43,229 bases of DNA from Octopus bimaculoides (lineage: Eukaryota), in NCBI RefSeq assembly GCF_001194135.2, contig NC_069003.1, positions 4,574,529 to 4,617,757 of the forward strand. Direction: 5' to 3'. The position numbers were made by a program, and so were the translations under genes. Numbering within the stretch: the first letter of the stretch is position 1; each line of letters begins with the position of its first letter. This document shows positions 10,770 to 21,860 of this stretch, piece after piece. The notes beneath the pieces are model-generated. The model had not been told where the DNA came from. It did not search any database and worked only from the letters and a program-made list of their open reading frames with translations.

Positions 10770-11420
10770 TTTGTATACCATCATAGATTAAGGAAGCTAT
10801 AAGCAACGTACAAAGGAGAATTCAACATAAATAAACTATCAATACCTAGTGTTGTGAGCGAGTTAAACGATTTCCTATACGCATGCATAGTCACAATAAT
10901 AGAAAAATGCAGAGCTAAATAAACAATGTATTATTGCTAAACACAGGAGTCACTAAGATAAAATAGACAAGTGGAAGAGTAAATTAAAGTGCAGAATATG
11001 CATTCGAGGTTACGGCGCAAGTAAAACAATACAGATGGCAGTTAATAAGCTTTCCAGGAGAATAAAGAACGTATACATATACACCGCGTATGGAAAGTAA
11101 AAAGAAAGATAATAAAGAAGCAAAATGGCTGCAAACAACACCCGAATATTAAAAGACAAAAACAAAAGAAAGAAAATCCGCGTTAAATAATAGATTAAAA
11201 AGGTAAAGTGTTAGGGAAAATTGGCTCACAAAAACAACAAAAATAGAGAAATATTGCCTTTGATAATAACCGCCAAAAAGATCTATACGACAATACGCGG
11301 TAGCAACATAAATGATAAGAACCCTCGATAAACAAAATTTGGGAATATTTGGGAAAGGTATATTTTTTTATTTTGAAAATGAAGTATACGGGAAAACGAT
11401 ATTGGCCAGAAAACTATACG
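10770..11420 (+). mobile_element. Heavily decayed R4/Dong-like LINE ORF fragment (N-terminal, pre-RT region)
   Basis: A-rich stretch with broken peptides ELNDFLYACIVTIIEKC, KWKSKL and FGNIWE, resembling R4/Dong NELIYA..., PPWKRRLE and FWENIW motifs. Many stops and frameshifts. Confidence 0.45.
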
Positions 11421-11509
11421 GCACGTTGTGCGGCTGCTCTACGTTAGCCGCCCCAACCATCGCCACAGTACAGCAATGGTCCCCGAATTGATCCAGCTTT
11501 ACGTTAATG

Positions 11510-11930
11510 TATCCAGTTTCGGTCACTGGGATGCGGCCATGCTAGGGCACTATTTTGAAGGGGTTTTTGTTTCTTTTTTGAAGTCGATCAGATCTACACC
11601 TGTACATGTCTTTACAATTCTGATACTTATTCTATCGGACTATGTTGCCGGTCCGCTAAGTTACGGGCATGTAAACAAACCAACACCGGCGGCCAAATGC
11701 CGGCGTGTGACATACAGGCGCAAAGGCACACATACGTATATAAACATATACTCACACACACACATTCAAACGAACAGGCTTCCACACAGTGTTTACCAAA
11801 CACGCTCACAAAGCATTGGTTCGCATGGAACTATAGTAGAATGCACTTGCTCAAGTTGCCGTGCAGTGGGATTGAACCCGAAACTGCGTGGTTGCAAAAC
11901 GTGCGTCTTAACTACACAGCCACACCCGAA
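11510..11930 (-). mobile_element. SINE family B, full-length diverged copy
   Basis: Both the 3' (GCGGCCATGCTAGGGCAC) and 5' (GGGATTGAACCCG..ACACAGCCAC) ends are present. Confidence 0.75.
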
Positions 11931-12244
11931 CCTATTAGACCATGCCTGCGCCGCGCCTGTGTGAGAAAATCTGAAACTAAGAAATAGTTTCCGATTTAGA
12001 ATGCCCAAACTTATTTCTACAAATGTGCTAAGCATTGATGCTGACCTTAGTTTAATCAATAAGCGAGGTAAATGCAGTAAAAATAAGGGGTTCACTATAC
12101 CTTCACGTGTATTAAAATCGAGACTAAGAGTTATAACAGGTACGTTTCAACTGTGGTAGCGTTGATATCCATATTTTGTAGTTTATGAAACTTATGTCTA
12201 ATATATACTCGCCATGACTGAAACAAGTAAACGTCAATATATTA

Positions 12245-12600
12245 TTGGTTTAAAATTTTTGCACAAGTTCGGGGGAAAGGGTTAGACAATTATATCGACC
12301 CCAGTAGTTAAATGGTACTTATTTTATCGACTTCGATAGGACGAACGACTAAGTCGACCTCGGCGGAATTTGAACTTCGAACGTGAGACGGATGAAATCC
12401 AGCCAAATAAAACAGAACGTAGTATTATTGGTTCCAAATTTCAGAACAAGGCCAGCGATTTCGAGGAGGTGGGTAAGTCAATTACATCGGCCCCGGTAAG
12501 CAACTGGTACTTATTTTATCGATCTCGAAAGGACGAAAGGCAAAGTCGACCTCGTCGGAATTTGAGCTCGGAACGTCAAGACCGATGAAATGCTGCCATG
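12245..12600 (-). mobile_element. Two tandem family-A SINE copies
   Basis: AACTGGTACTTATTTTATCGA..AAGTCGACCTCGGCGGAATTTGA occurs twice. Confidence 0.7.
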
Positions 12601-13239
12601 TAAATCAGACTGTAGAAATATTGAGTGCATCGTGCCTAGAAACAATATGTATGGTCATGGGTGGAACGTCTTTGATCCTAAGATCTGACAGTTCAATGCT
12701 GACCTGGAGCTAAGCAACAACAAGTGTTCGGCTATTTAACGTCTATATCTATATATGTGAAACCCATTAAGACACCAACAAACAACACTGCCGAATCTAT
12801 AACAGCTAATTCCAAGCCATTGCTGCTGCTGCTGCTATGGCATGTTTCAGTTATTGATCAATCTATGTAGACACCAGATCGAACAAAAATCAATTTTTTC
12901 TATGGACAGTAAACCTGCTATCGGCATTCATGCTCATCTTCTATGCCTTTATGTAAACTTCATTATTTACCAAAGTACCAATACACAACGTGGGTTCTGA
13001 ATAAATAAATATACCATCAACATATGGATTTGGTCTCGCTGAAAACACCTTTTGTTTGTTTTTTTCTCTCTCTATCTCTCTCCATGAAGTCCTTTACTAA
13101 AATTAGTTTACCAAAGACAAAAAAAAACTAGCACCAATTTTGTGCTGATAGTACACAAATTAAGGCAAGACATCTGTTATTATTTTCAATATTGTTTTCC
13201 CATCCTAAACTGTTTTTTTTTTTTCATTCTTGTGATTAT

Positions 13240-13870
13240 GTTTATTATTTTTATACTATTTTTATAGATGTTATAATTTTTTTTATAAGATTTTCTTTAT
13301 AATTTTATATTTTTAAACATGATATCGTTATAATATTTTTGTGTACGCTATTGTTATTTATATAAGACTGTATTTTCATATTTTTATACTTTTATGTTAT
13401 ATTTATGTATTCGGTATTTTTTATAATTGCAATTTTTATATAAATTTATATTTACTATTTTACCTCTGTTTATATTAGATGCTATTTTTATACTTTTATA
13501 TGCAGTATATTTTCTATATATTTTTATATAGCATTTTATATTTGTACATGTTACTTTTATAATTTTTTACATATATAGATATATATATATATATATACAT
13601 ATAGTATTTCCTATTTGTACATGTTACTTTATTTTTTTTACATATATATATATATATATATCCTATATTTGTAAATGTGCTATTTTTATTTATAAGATTT
13701 TTATGGTATTTTTACATTTTTATTTCGTAAGATTTTTATATATGGTATTTACGTTTTTATAAACGCTATTTGTATTTTATAAGTATTTTATAAGATTTTT
13801 ATATATTTTTTATATAAGACATTTATAAGAATATGGCTTTCTTATATTTTATACAATTGTTTTATATTTC
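13240..13870. repeat. Extremely AT-rich low-complexity tract
   Basis: Recurring TTTTTATA-like motifs with almost no G/C. Confidence 0.85.
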
Positions 13871-14144
13871 TATCAATAGAATACGATCGAACTGTACAAG
13901 ACAAAAAAAAAAAAAACTTACTATGCATTTTCTGTCTTTTTTTTCCTTTTTTCATCCGATACCAATTGTTTTGTTTGTTAGCTTTTTATTGTTGCTTAAT
14001 GTTTTAAACATTTCCCAGTTATACAGCAACATATATCTTTTTAAGAAAGACCTGCACTTAATCCATCTGTAATTTTATTCAGCTATGGTCCATATACGTA
14101 ACGATTTCAACAAACCCTGACGATAAAAGAAACTGAAGCCTATT

Positions 14145-14146
<2 letters not shown>

Positions 14147-14200
<54 letters not shown>

Positions 14201-14277
14201 ACGCACACGCACACGCGCACGCGCACGCGCACGCGCACGCGCACGCGCACACGCACACGCACGCACACACACACACT
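14147..14277. repeat. Compound (CA)n/(CGCA)n microsatellite
   Basis: Direct inspection. Confidence 0.95.
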
Positions 14278-14359
14278 ACTCTCAAAGTGATTGACTGATA
14301 AAGTATCGAACTAAATCGAAAACTATAATCCTCGATATTTTTTATCTTCCCTTTTGTTT

Positions 14360-15062
14360 CATTCATTAGACTGCGACCATGCTGGGGTATCACCTTGAAT
14401 TTTTATCGAAGGGTTTGATTGACCCGAGACTATAACAGAAAACACTTGTCTAAGGTGCCGAACAATGGGACTGAAACCGAAACTACACGATTGGAAAGCG
14501 AACTTCTTAACCACACGGCTATGCTTTTTCTTCTTAGATAAGGTTTCCCTTTTCAGTCACTAATAAAGATCATCAAAAACTTTCCCCAATATACAGAGCG
14601 TCTCATTATGAGCTGCGGAGATATTATTTCTACCTTTATTATATATTATACACTTTCATTAATACACACGCTTGTCTCAATCTTAATTACTTTTGCATAA
14701 AAAAATGTGTCCCACCATTAAGTGGCACCATATTGTTCTTGGTAATCCTCTATGCAAATCTCGGTCATACTAAGGCACCGCCTTGAAGAATATTAGTCGA
14801 ATAAATCGAACCCAGCCTGGTACGTATTCTATTGGTGTCTATTGCCGCACCGCTACGTTATGGGGACGTAAACACACGAACACCGGTTGTCAAGCTGTGA
14901 TGGAAGACAGACACACAGACGACGGGCTTTCTACTAGTTTCTGTCAACCGAAGCCTCGTGAAAGGACATAGAAAACATTTTCCCAAGGTTCTACGTGGTG
15001 GGACTGAGCCCAGAACCATGTGCTTGGGAAACAAACTTCTTACCACAGTCACACCTACGCCT
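14360..15062 (-). mobile_element. Two internally deleted family-B SINE copies
   Basis: Family motifs at 14360-14520 and 14775-15062. Confidence 0.65.
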
Positions 15063-15109
15063 TAAAAAATAAATGTGTATAAATGTGTGTGTCTGTATTT
15101 TCATCATGC

Positions 15110-15280
15110 TGAACAGTTAACCTACACATTTTTCTTCCTGTTTTTTTTAATCCTTTCTGTAGTAGAGCGTAGGCTCGAAACGTAAAAGACTTTTCCATAC
15201 TCCTTGAGCGTTAAACTAATACACCTGCTTGTTGTTCCTACACCTTTATCTTTTGTTTTCTATAAATTTGAACTAACATA
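15110..15280 (+). mobile_element. Possible Penelope-like terminal fragment
   Basis: GTAGAGCGTAGGCTCGAAACGTAAAAGAC resembles the GAAGA..GC.CGAAACG motif of Penelope pLTRs. Confidence 0.35.
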
Positions 15281-15409
15281 TATATATATGTATAAGTAAA
15301 AGAGAGTATATATATAATTGTGTATATTTTTATATTTATATATATACATACACGCCTATAAACACGCATATATATACACACATATATAACGACGTACTAT
15401 AATACTTAC

Positions 15410-15547
15410 AAATGTCATCTCGTAGGCCAGGCATATCTAAGACCCGTGACGGACTTGTAATTAACTTTCGCTTCTTTCGTTTTGGTGATGAGAAGAAAAC
15501 ATCATCGACATCGACCTGCCATGGCGGGGAACTGACGGAGCTTCTTC
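15410..15547 (-). CDS. cdc20-like: Cdc20-like coding exon 2 (missed by the ORF track): RRSSVSSPPWQVDVDDVFFSSPKRKKRKLITSPSRVLDMPGLRDDI(Y)
   Basis: Acceptor TTTTTGTTTCTTTATAG (AG ends 15548) and donor GTAAGT (15409-15404). 138 nt, phase 1 to 1. RVLDMPGLRDDIY matches the family motif RILDAPEIRNDYY, and the split codon T+AT gives Tyr when joined to exon 3. Confidence 0.9.
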
Positions 15548-17621
15548 CTATAAAGAAACAAAAAATATAATAAATGCAGATTTATTCAATCGAGAGTTAT
15601 ATTGTTTAACAAACGGAAAGCGGTAGGGTGGTGGTTGTTTTGTCACACAAGTCACTCCTATTCGAGGAAACCCTTCAAAGACAAGCGTTCTAATAATGAA
15701 ACTCCAAACATGAACCCTAAAACTCAACAACAAATTATGACTACGGCATCCGCGCTATCCAACGTGCTTGCTCTTCCAATGGGGCATTGGACAAATTTGT
15801 GAGCTGGACTTCTGGGCCGCAGGCAGGAACATTACTTTGCCTGCTGGAACGTCAAAGCGACCGATGTATGTGGTCTGCATTCGGGAAAGAAGTGGTGAAC
15901 TCGTTGGTAGGAGCCGGCTCAACACATTCCGAGTAAATGCCGCTGCAAGGACGAGTATTTTACCCATGACCATCCGATCTCCTCAGACATCTACCCACCC
16001 AGCCATCCCCGCAGCCTAAATTATGTCTTTTCTTTTTTTAATTTTCGAAACATTTTGCACTTAAAAATAATTTTATAAAAATCAAAATATTGTCTGTTTA
16101 AAGAAAGCTAAAATTCAAACATTTCCTGTACAAACAGCTTGTATTTTTTGAAATCACGTTCACTTAATATTTCACAATGATTAAAATATTGTATTTAACA
16201 AAAGCGAAAAGAGAAACATTTACTGTAAAACCAACTCGTATTTTTTCCTTCGCAAGCTGAAGTCACTAAGACTTTCACCCAGATCGTGAAGTTTGTCTTC
16301 AAAATACAGACATTGAACATAATGTCTAATCGAAATGTTTGAGTTTCTTCTCTTTCAAGGTTGTTATTTTCAGAGTATTTTCCCCCCATTATACACCGTT
16401 TTGGGGTATTTATGAACACCCCCCACCACCAAATCTCAGGAATCCCTGGACCGATTTACGCGAAATATGTTCGGCTGCATTAAATGACAAACCAGCAAGC
16501 AATAAGAGCTTTGGTAGACACACAGATTTCTATTTCACTGACTATTGCAGCCTGCAGGGTGTTTTTGCATTATGTTTCATATGTGGTATATATATATATA
16601 TATATATATATACATACACACACACACACATACATACAGGGTGCGTAAGGTATTTGAGGACATTCCTTGTTACGTCCTTGTAACGTATCGGTTCGGCAAG
16701 AGACCGATATAATAAGTACCAGACTTTAAAATTGAAGGACTGAGGGTGATTTGTTCGACTAAATCTTTTCAAAGCGGTGCTCCAGCATGGCCGCAGTCCA
16801 ATGACTAAAACAAGAGATAGCAATGTTCAATTACTGGGCTTGTATAATTAAGTAACTCGGCTAATATTTCTTCTGCTAGCCAAATGGTAAAAGCATCAGC
16901 CATTATGATTTGAAACAATACACACAGTGACGTTTTGAGTTCAAATACCGCCAAGACCAACGCTGCTTTACTTTTTTCCGTGTTTTTTTTTTTTTTAACA
17001 ATGTACCAGTCAAGTGGGGATGTTTTAACTAATAATTCTTAGTTGGTCGAACAGCGGCATAGATATTTTCTTCGATGGGGTAAGATTTAGCTGCTATTTC
17101 TAGATGAGTTGTACAACCATGTAGAGACACCCTCGTTGCAAAGGGAGAGAGACGTGTGTTATTTCTACATAAGGTGAATAATTACGTATGGACTTCTTCG
17201 CTGGCTCTGTTAGCTTATCCTTTAAGGTTATTCCAGATTATACACGTGTATTTCTTTTATTATCATTTTTTATTTATAATTGAGCACAAATGACAAAATT
17301 AGGAAATCACTATTTAATTCATATCTGTAACAGGTGTTGTTAGGTTTCGAATCTTTCAACGCGAAGACGTGAACGTCACATTTTCCCCTTTCAACTGTGT
17401 GTGTAAGTGTGTAAGCGAGAAAAAAAAAAACAAATATTCGATTTTCTTCGTGTTTTAGAACACGTGTACTAGATTAAATATGTCAGATTAAAACCCTTTA
17501 AGTCGGTGCTTCTGCAGGGCGCCCTTCAATGACTAAAACAACCACAAAATATTTTGTGTGTGTATAGAGAGAGATTTAATGTCTCGTCAAAGAAAACTAA
17601 TATTCTAAAATTCAGACTTAC

Positions 17622-17940
17622 GGTTTTTAATTCCGTTTTTCGTCGTTAATGGAAGCACGTTTTCATTGTTGTTTTCTAAAGCGGCATTCAAGTAAATCTG
17701 GTAATTTTCGGCATCGCTATGTCCCAGACAAGGTGTACTAAGACGGCGCACTCCATTGCCATTTTGGTTCTCTTTGTTGGTTGAAATTACTTTCAAATGA
17801 GCATGGTCTACGTTTAAATTCGGTCGGAAAGGAATATAGCGATCAAATGAAAACGTGTGAAATGACCTCTCTAACAAAGTTGGACTGCATTGCAATGAAT
17901 CTTCGAAACTTTCGTATATTGCTATTGCTCTGTCGGCCAT
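17622..17940 (-). CDS. cdc20-like: Cdc20/Fizzy-family APC/C coactivator, divergent; coding exon 1 (N-terminal C-box and KEN box)
   Basis: ATG at 17940 in ACAATGG context with an in-frame TAA three codons upstream. Translation contains DRYIPFR (C-box, 17844-17824) followed by TNKENQ, the same order and spacing as Cdc20 DRYIPHR..SKENQ. Ends at a GTAAGT donor (17621-17616). 319 nt, phase 1. Confidence 0.9.
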
Positions 17941-18132
17941 TGTCTCTTATTTCTAAGAATTCTACAACAAATTGTCAGAAGGATTTCGGTCGCAGAGTAT
18001 TATTTTTCACTGTATTTTTTTAAAGTTCAATTTATAAGTCAATCAATAACGATAATCTAACGAGGGTGGTGTAACGTTAAATTATATTATTGATAAACCT
18101 CACTCGTTGTTGTTGCCTCCGCTATTGTTTGA

Positions 18133-18142
18133 CGCATGCGCA
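18133..18142. promoter_or_regulatory. Possible NRF1-type motif in the putative cdc20-like promoter
   Basis: CGCATGCGCA about 200 nt upstream of the ATG in a non-repetitive stretch. Motif match only. Confidence 0.3.
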
Positions 18143-18224
18143 TCACAAGAAGTGAGCTAGCAATGGTATTTTGCATTTGGTAGAGAGAATAAGTAATTAG
18201 CATATTTCATATTCTAATAATTAT

Positions 18225-19110
18225 TTCAAATTTTTGCCACAAGGACAGCTTGTGGGAGGGGATGAGTCGATTACATCGATCTCCAGTGTTCAACTGGTAC
18301 ATATTTTATCGACCCTGAAAGGATGAAAGGCCAAATCAACCGCGGTGGAATTTGAACTCAAAACGTAGCGACAAGCGAAATGCCGCATTTCGTCCAGCGT
18401 GCTAACGATTCCTTTCTACTATAGGCACAAGGCCTGAAATTTAGTGGGGAGGGTGCCAGTCGATTAGATCGACCCCAGTATGCAACTGGTACTTAATTTA
18501 TCGACCCTGAAAGGATGAAAGGCGAAGTCGACCAAAATCGGAATTTGAACTCAGAACGTAGCGACGGGTGAAACACACCATCAAACATCTCGTCCAGCGC
18601 GCTAACGATTCTGCCAGCTCACCGCCTTCAGAACACGATATAATGTATTCCTAGGTGAACAATTCCAGTCAGGTCTCTAATTCGTGTATAACTTTCTCCA
18701 CCGCCAGTTTCGAGAGCCCTGTTAAGATTCATGGGGACTCGNNNNNNNNNNNNNNNNNNNNNNNNNNNNNNNNNNNNNNNNNNNNNNNNNNNNTTTACGT
18801 TCTGGGTTCAAATGCAACCGAGGTGAACTTTGCCTTTCATCATTTCAGGGTCGATAAAGTTAAATACCAGTCAAGTACTGGGGTCGATGTAATTGATTAG
18901 CCGCTCCCCTTATAATTACTGAAACCAAAAGGCAGCGAGCTGGCAGAAACGTTAGCGCGTCGAACAAAATGCTTCGATGCTTTTCTTCCGGTTCTTTATG
19001 TTGTGAGTTCAAAATCCGCTGCGGTCATCTTTGCCTTTCATCCTTCCGAGATCGATATGGGATCTATGTAATCGACTTGACCCCACCCCCCATTCAAAAT
19101 TCCTGGACGT
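18225..19110. mobile_element. Family-A SINE cluster: two minus copies (18225-18630), then two plus copies (18794-19110)
   Basis: Repeated family core on both strands, immediately upstream of the cdc20-like promoter. Confidence 0.75.
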
Positions 19111-19568
19111 TAACCCTGTAACGGATTGGCGTCGCATTCAGTGAGAATCTTGTGATCTCGGTTGCTTATACGCCATAGGAACTCGATAACTGGCCTCATA
19201 GGTCTTAGAGCTCAAGAAAATATAATGAACAAGTAATTTCTATTTGCCTGTCGTGGTACTTAAATGAGAATGAGATGTAAGGTGACAATGTTTTTGAGAT
19301 TCCGGTTCGAATGACATGAGTGTTTTTGTTTCACGTTTGACACGTAATACTTAAATAGTGGAGGAGATATGATGTTGCTGTGGGCTGGAAGTATGCAAGA
19401 AGTAAATTTTTCTTTTTTTAACTAAAACACAACCGGGACCCTAAGTAAGGCATGTGTAAAATTTGAATGAAATTGGTTGTGTAGTTCTGGAGTTTTAGGG
19501 ATTCACACAGACACACACACTGACACACAGTCATACATTCTCAATTTTATATATATATATAGAAGATA
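19110..19568 (+). mobile_element. Non-autonomous Helitron/Helentron-like (HINE/Lep1-like) element
   Basis: 3' end ATGTGTAAAATTTGAATGAAATTGGTTGTGTAGTTCTGGAGTT + (CA/CAGA)n + TTTTATATATATATAGAAGAT is the typical HINE architecture. Classification is by resemblance only. Confidence 0.5.
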
Positions 19569-20007
19569 AAATGTCGCAGTTTCGGTTCATCTGGAACATA
19601 TTTCCATTCAATTCTTCCAATATCAATGAATATATATGCACGACAGGCTTCTTTTAGTTTCCGTCTACCACGCACAAGGTAGTGGTCAGCCCGGGGCTAT
19701 AGTAGATGACACTTGCCCAAGGTCATTGTTTTCAACAAGCTTTCTATGTCTATATAATTAGTAGAGTAGGAGATAATATTCGTAACGAAGCCAGAAAGAT
19801 ATCATTAATTAATGAAGACTAATGACTCTATCAAAATGAGCTGTGCATTTGTGAACGCTGCTGAAAAAAGAAAAAGAAGGAGAAAAAGAACAACGAAGAG
19901 TGCAAACACTAAAAGAAGGGAGATAATTCAAAATAAAAATAAACTATTTGTTAATTAACTGATAGTTAATTAAAATTGGACAGACAATTAATTAAGCTGT
20001 TAATGTT

Positions 20008-20820
20008 TAGCTTCAGGTCAGCCAAGACTGAACTAACACATGATCAAAAGCATTCCAGGCCCTTTTCAAGACTGTCAGATGTTAATTTTAGCGAGAGTTG
20101 AGAGTTGGCTGTTATTTCTAGCAGTTTGAATGACTACTCGGAAGCTTTCTCTTCATGAAGTGGAAACACTGCGTATGTTGTTGTTGTAGTTGCTGCTGCA
20201 GTTTAGCTCGATGCCCGCTTTGATTGAGAAGACCTTTGATCAAGGGCGCTCCATCCGTGACCATTCTGTCGTATTAAGGGTATTTTTGACTTATTAGTGG
20301 CATTTGGGGTTATTACGAGAATTTGGGGCTTATTACGAGTATTTGGGACTTATTAAGGGTATTTCGGATTACATTATCCAGTACGACTTTTTCGTAAAGT
20401 ATGACTTAAAGGAAGATTTGACTGCTGTTTCTAGCAGTTCCATCGACCACATAGAGTCTTGTGAAATCGCATGTGCAGATTCTCCATGTTGTTGCTGCTA
20501 ATGTTCTTCGATCTTGTTCGAGCAAACCTATAAACAAAAGCGTTCCAGTCGTGACCATCCCATATTGTATTCAAGCACTGTATATCTAAGACTACATTAT
20601 CGGATGTGTTCTTCTTTCTTTCAAACGGTAAACGGTTGGGTATGATTTGCAAAAGGTTTGACTGCTCTTTCTAGCAGGTCAAGCAACGACACAGTGGCTC
20701 GTTATCGTTGTTGCTGTTGTTGTTGTAGCTGCTGCGGATGCTATTGTTTAACCTCGGGTCAGCCTTTCTCGCGTTAACTTATGACCAAAGGCGTTCCAGC
20801 TGTGACCATCCCGTATTTTG
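20008..20820 (-). repeat. Four head-to-tail copies of unclassified dispersed repeat family C
   Basis: Recurring GATCAAA(A/G)GC(A/G)TTCCA(G)..GTGACCATCC..GCTGTTTCTAGCAG units preceded by (GTT/GCT)n. Other copies are near 3030, 5160, 6730, 8210, 12650, 17090, 22200, 22930, 28920, 35640. Confidence 0.6.
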
Positions 20821-21295
20821 TTTTTTCGCTGTGCAGAGCACTGCCTTTGGTCGAGCAAATCGATCCCAGTACTTATTCTTTGTAAACGTAGTACTTATTC
20901 TATCGATCTCTCTTGCCGAACCGCTAAGTTACGCGGACGTAAACACACCAACATCGGTTGTCAAGCGATGGCGAGGGGACAAACAGACATCAGACACACA
21001 AGGATGTGTATATATATATATATNNNNNNNNNNNNNNNNNNNNNNNNNNNNNNNNNNNNNNNNNNNNNNNNNNNNNNNNNNNNNNNNNNNNNNNNNNNNN
21101 NNNNNNNNNNNNNNNNNNNNNNNNNNNNNNNNNNNNNNNNNNNNNNNNNNNNNNNNNNNNNNNNNNNNNNNNNNNNNNNNNNNNNNNNNNNNNNNNNNNN
21201 NNNNNNNNNNNNNNNNNNNNNNNNNNNNNNNNNNNNNNNNNNNNNNNNNAATGACATACACACACACACAAACACACACACACACACACTCACAG

Positions 21296-21622
21296 GCGTG
21301 TGGCATAATGGTTAGGGTGTCCGCCGCACGATCATAAGGTCGTGTGCTCATTTACCGGCGGCACGTTGAGTGCTTGAGCAAGACACTTCATTCCACGTTG
21401 CTCCAGTCCACTCAGCTGACAAAAATGAGTAGTACCTGTAATTCAAAGGGGCCAGCCTTGTCACCACTTTGTGTCGTGCTGAATCTCCCCCGAGAACTAC
21501 GTTAAGGGTACGCATGTCTGTGGAGTGCTCAGCCACTTGCACGTTAATTTCACGAACAAGCGCTGTTCCGTTGATCGAATCAACTGGAACCCTCGTCGCC
21601 GTAGTCGACGGAGTGCCACGAT
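21296..21622 (+). mobile_element. tRNA-derived SINE family D (Deu/Nin-like central domain), full copy
   Basis: GGCGTGTGGCATAATGGTTAG head, TTGAGCAAGACACTTCATTCCACGTTGCTCCAGTCCACTCAGCTG core, and 3' ATCAACTGGAACCCTCGTCG..CGGAGTGCCAC. The reverse-complement 3' end is also at 3651-3691, and a related core is at 42265-42435. Confidence 0.7.
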
Positions 21623-21642
21623 TATTATTATTGTTGTTCTTA

Positions 21643-21860
21643 ACGTGGCGAGCTGGCTGAATCGTTAGCGCATCGGGCGAAATACTTAGCGATATTTCGT
21701 CTGTCTTTATGTTCTGAGTTCAAATTCCGCCGAGGTCGACTCTGTCTTTCATCCTTTCGGGAGTCGATAAATTAAGTACCAGTTGCGTACTGGGTTGATT
21801 TAATCAACTGGCCCCCTCCCCAACAAATTTCGGACCTTGTGCCTAGAGCAGAAAACAACA
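21643..21860 (+). mobile_element. SINE family A copy inserted after an (ATT)n run
   Basis: Near-consensus family-A sequence. Confidence 0.8.

Noticed and set aside
20275-20380. Short regularly spaced repeats as a possible CRISPR array
   Set aside because: Contiguous degenerate units with no unique spacers, in a eukaryotic context with no cas genes.
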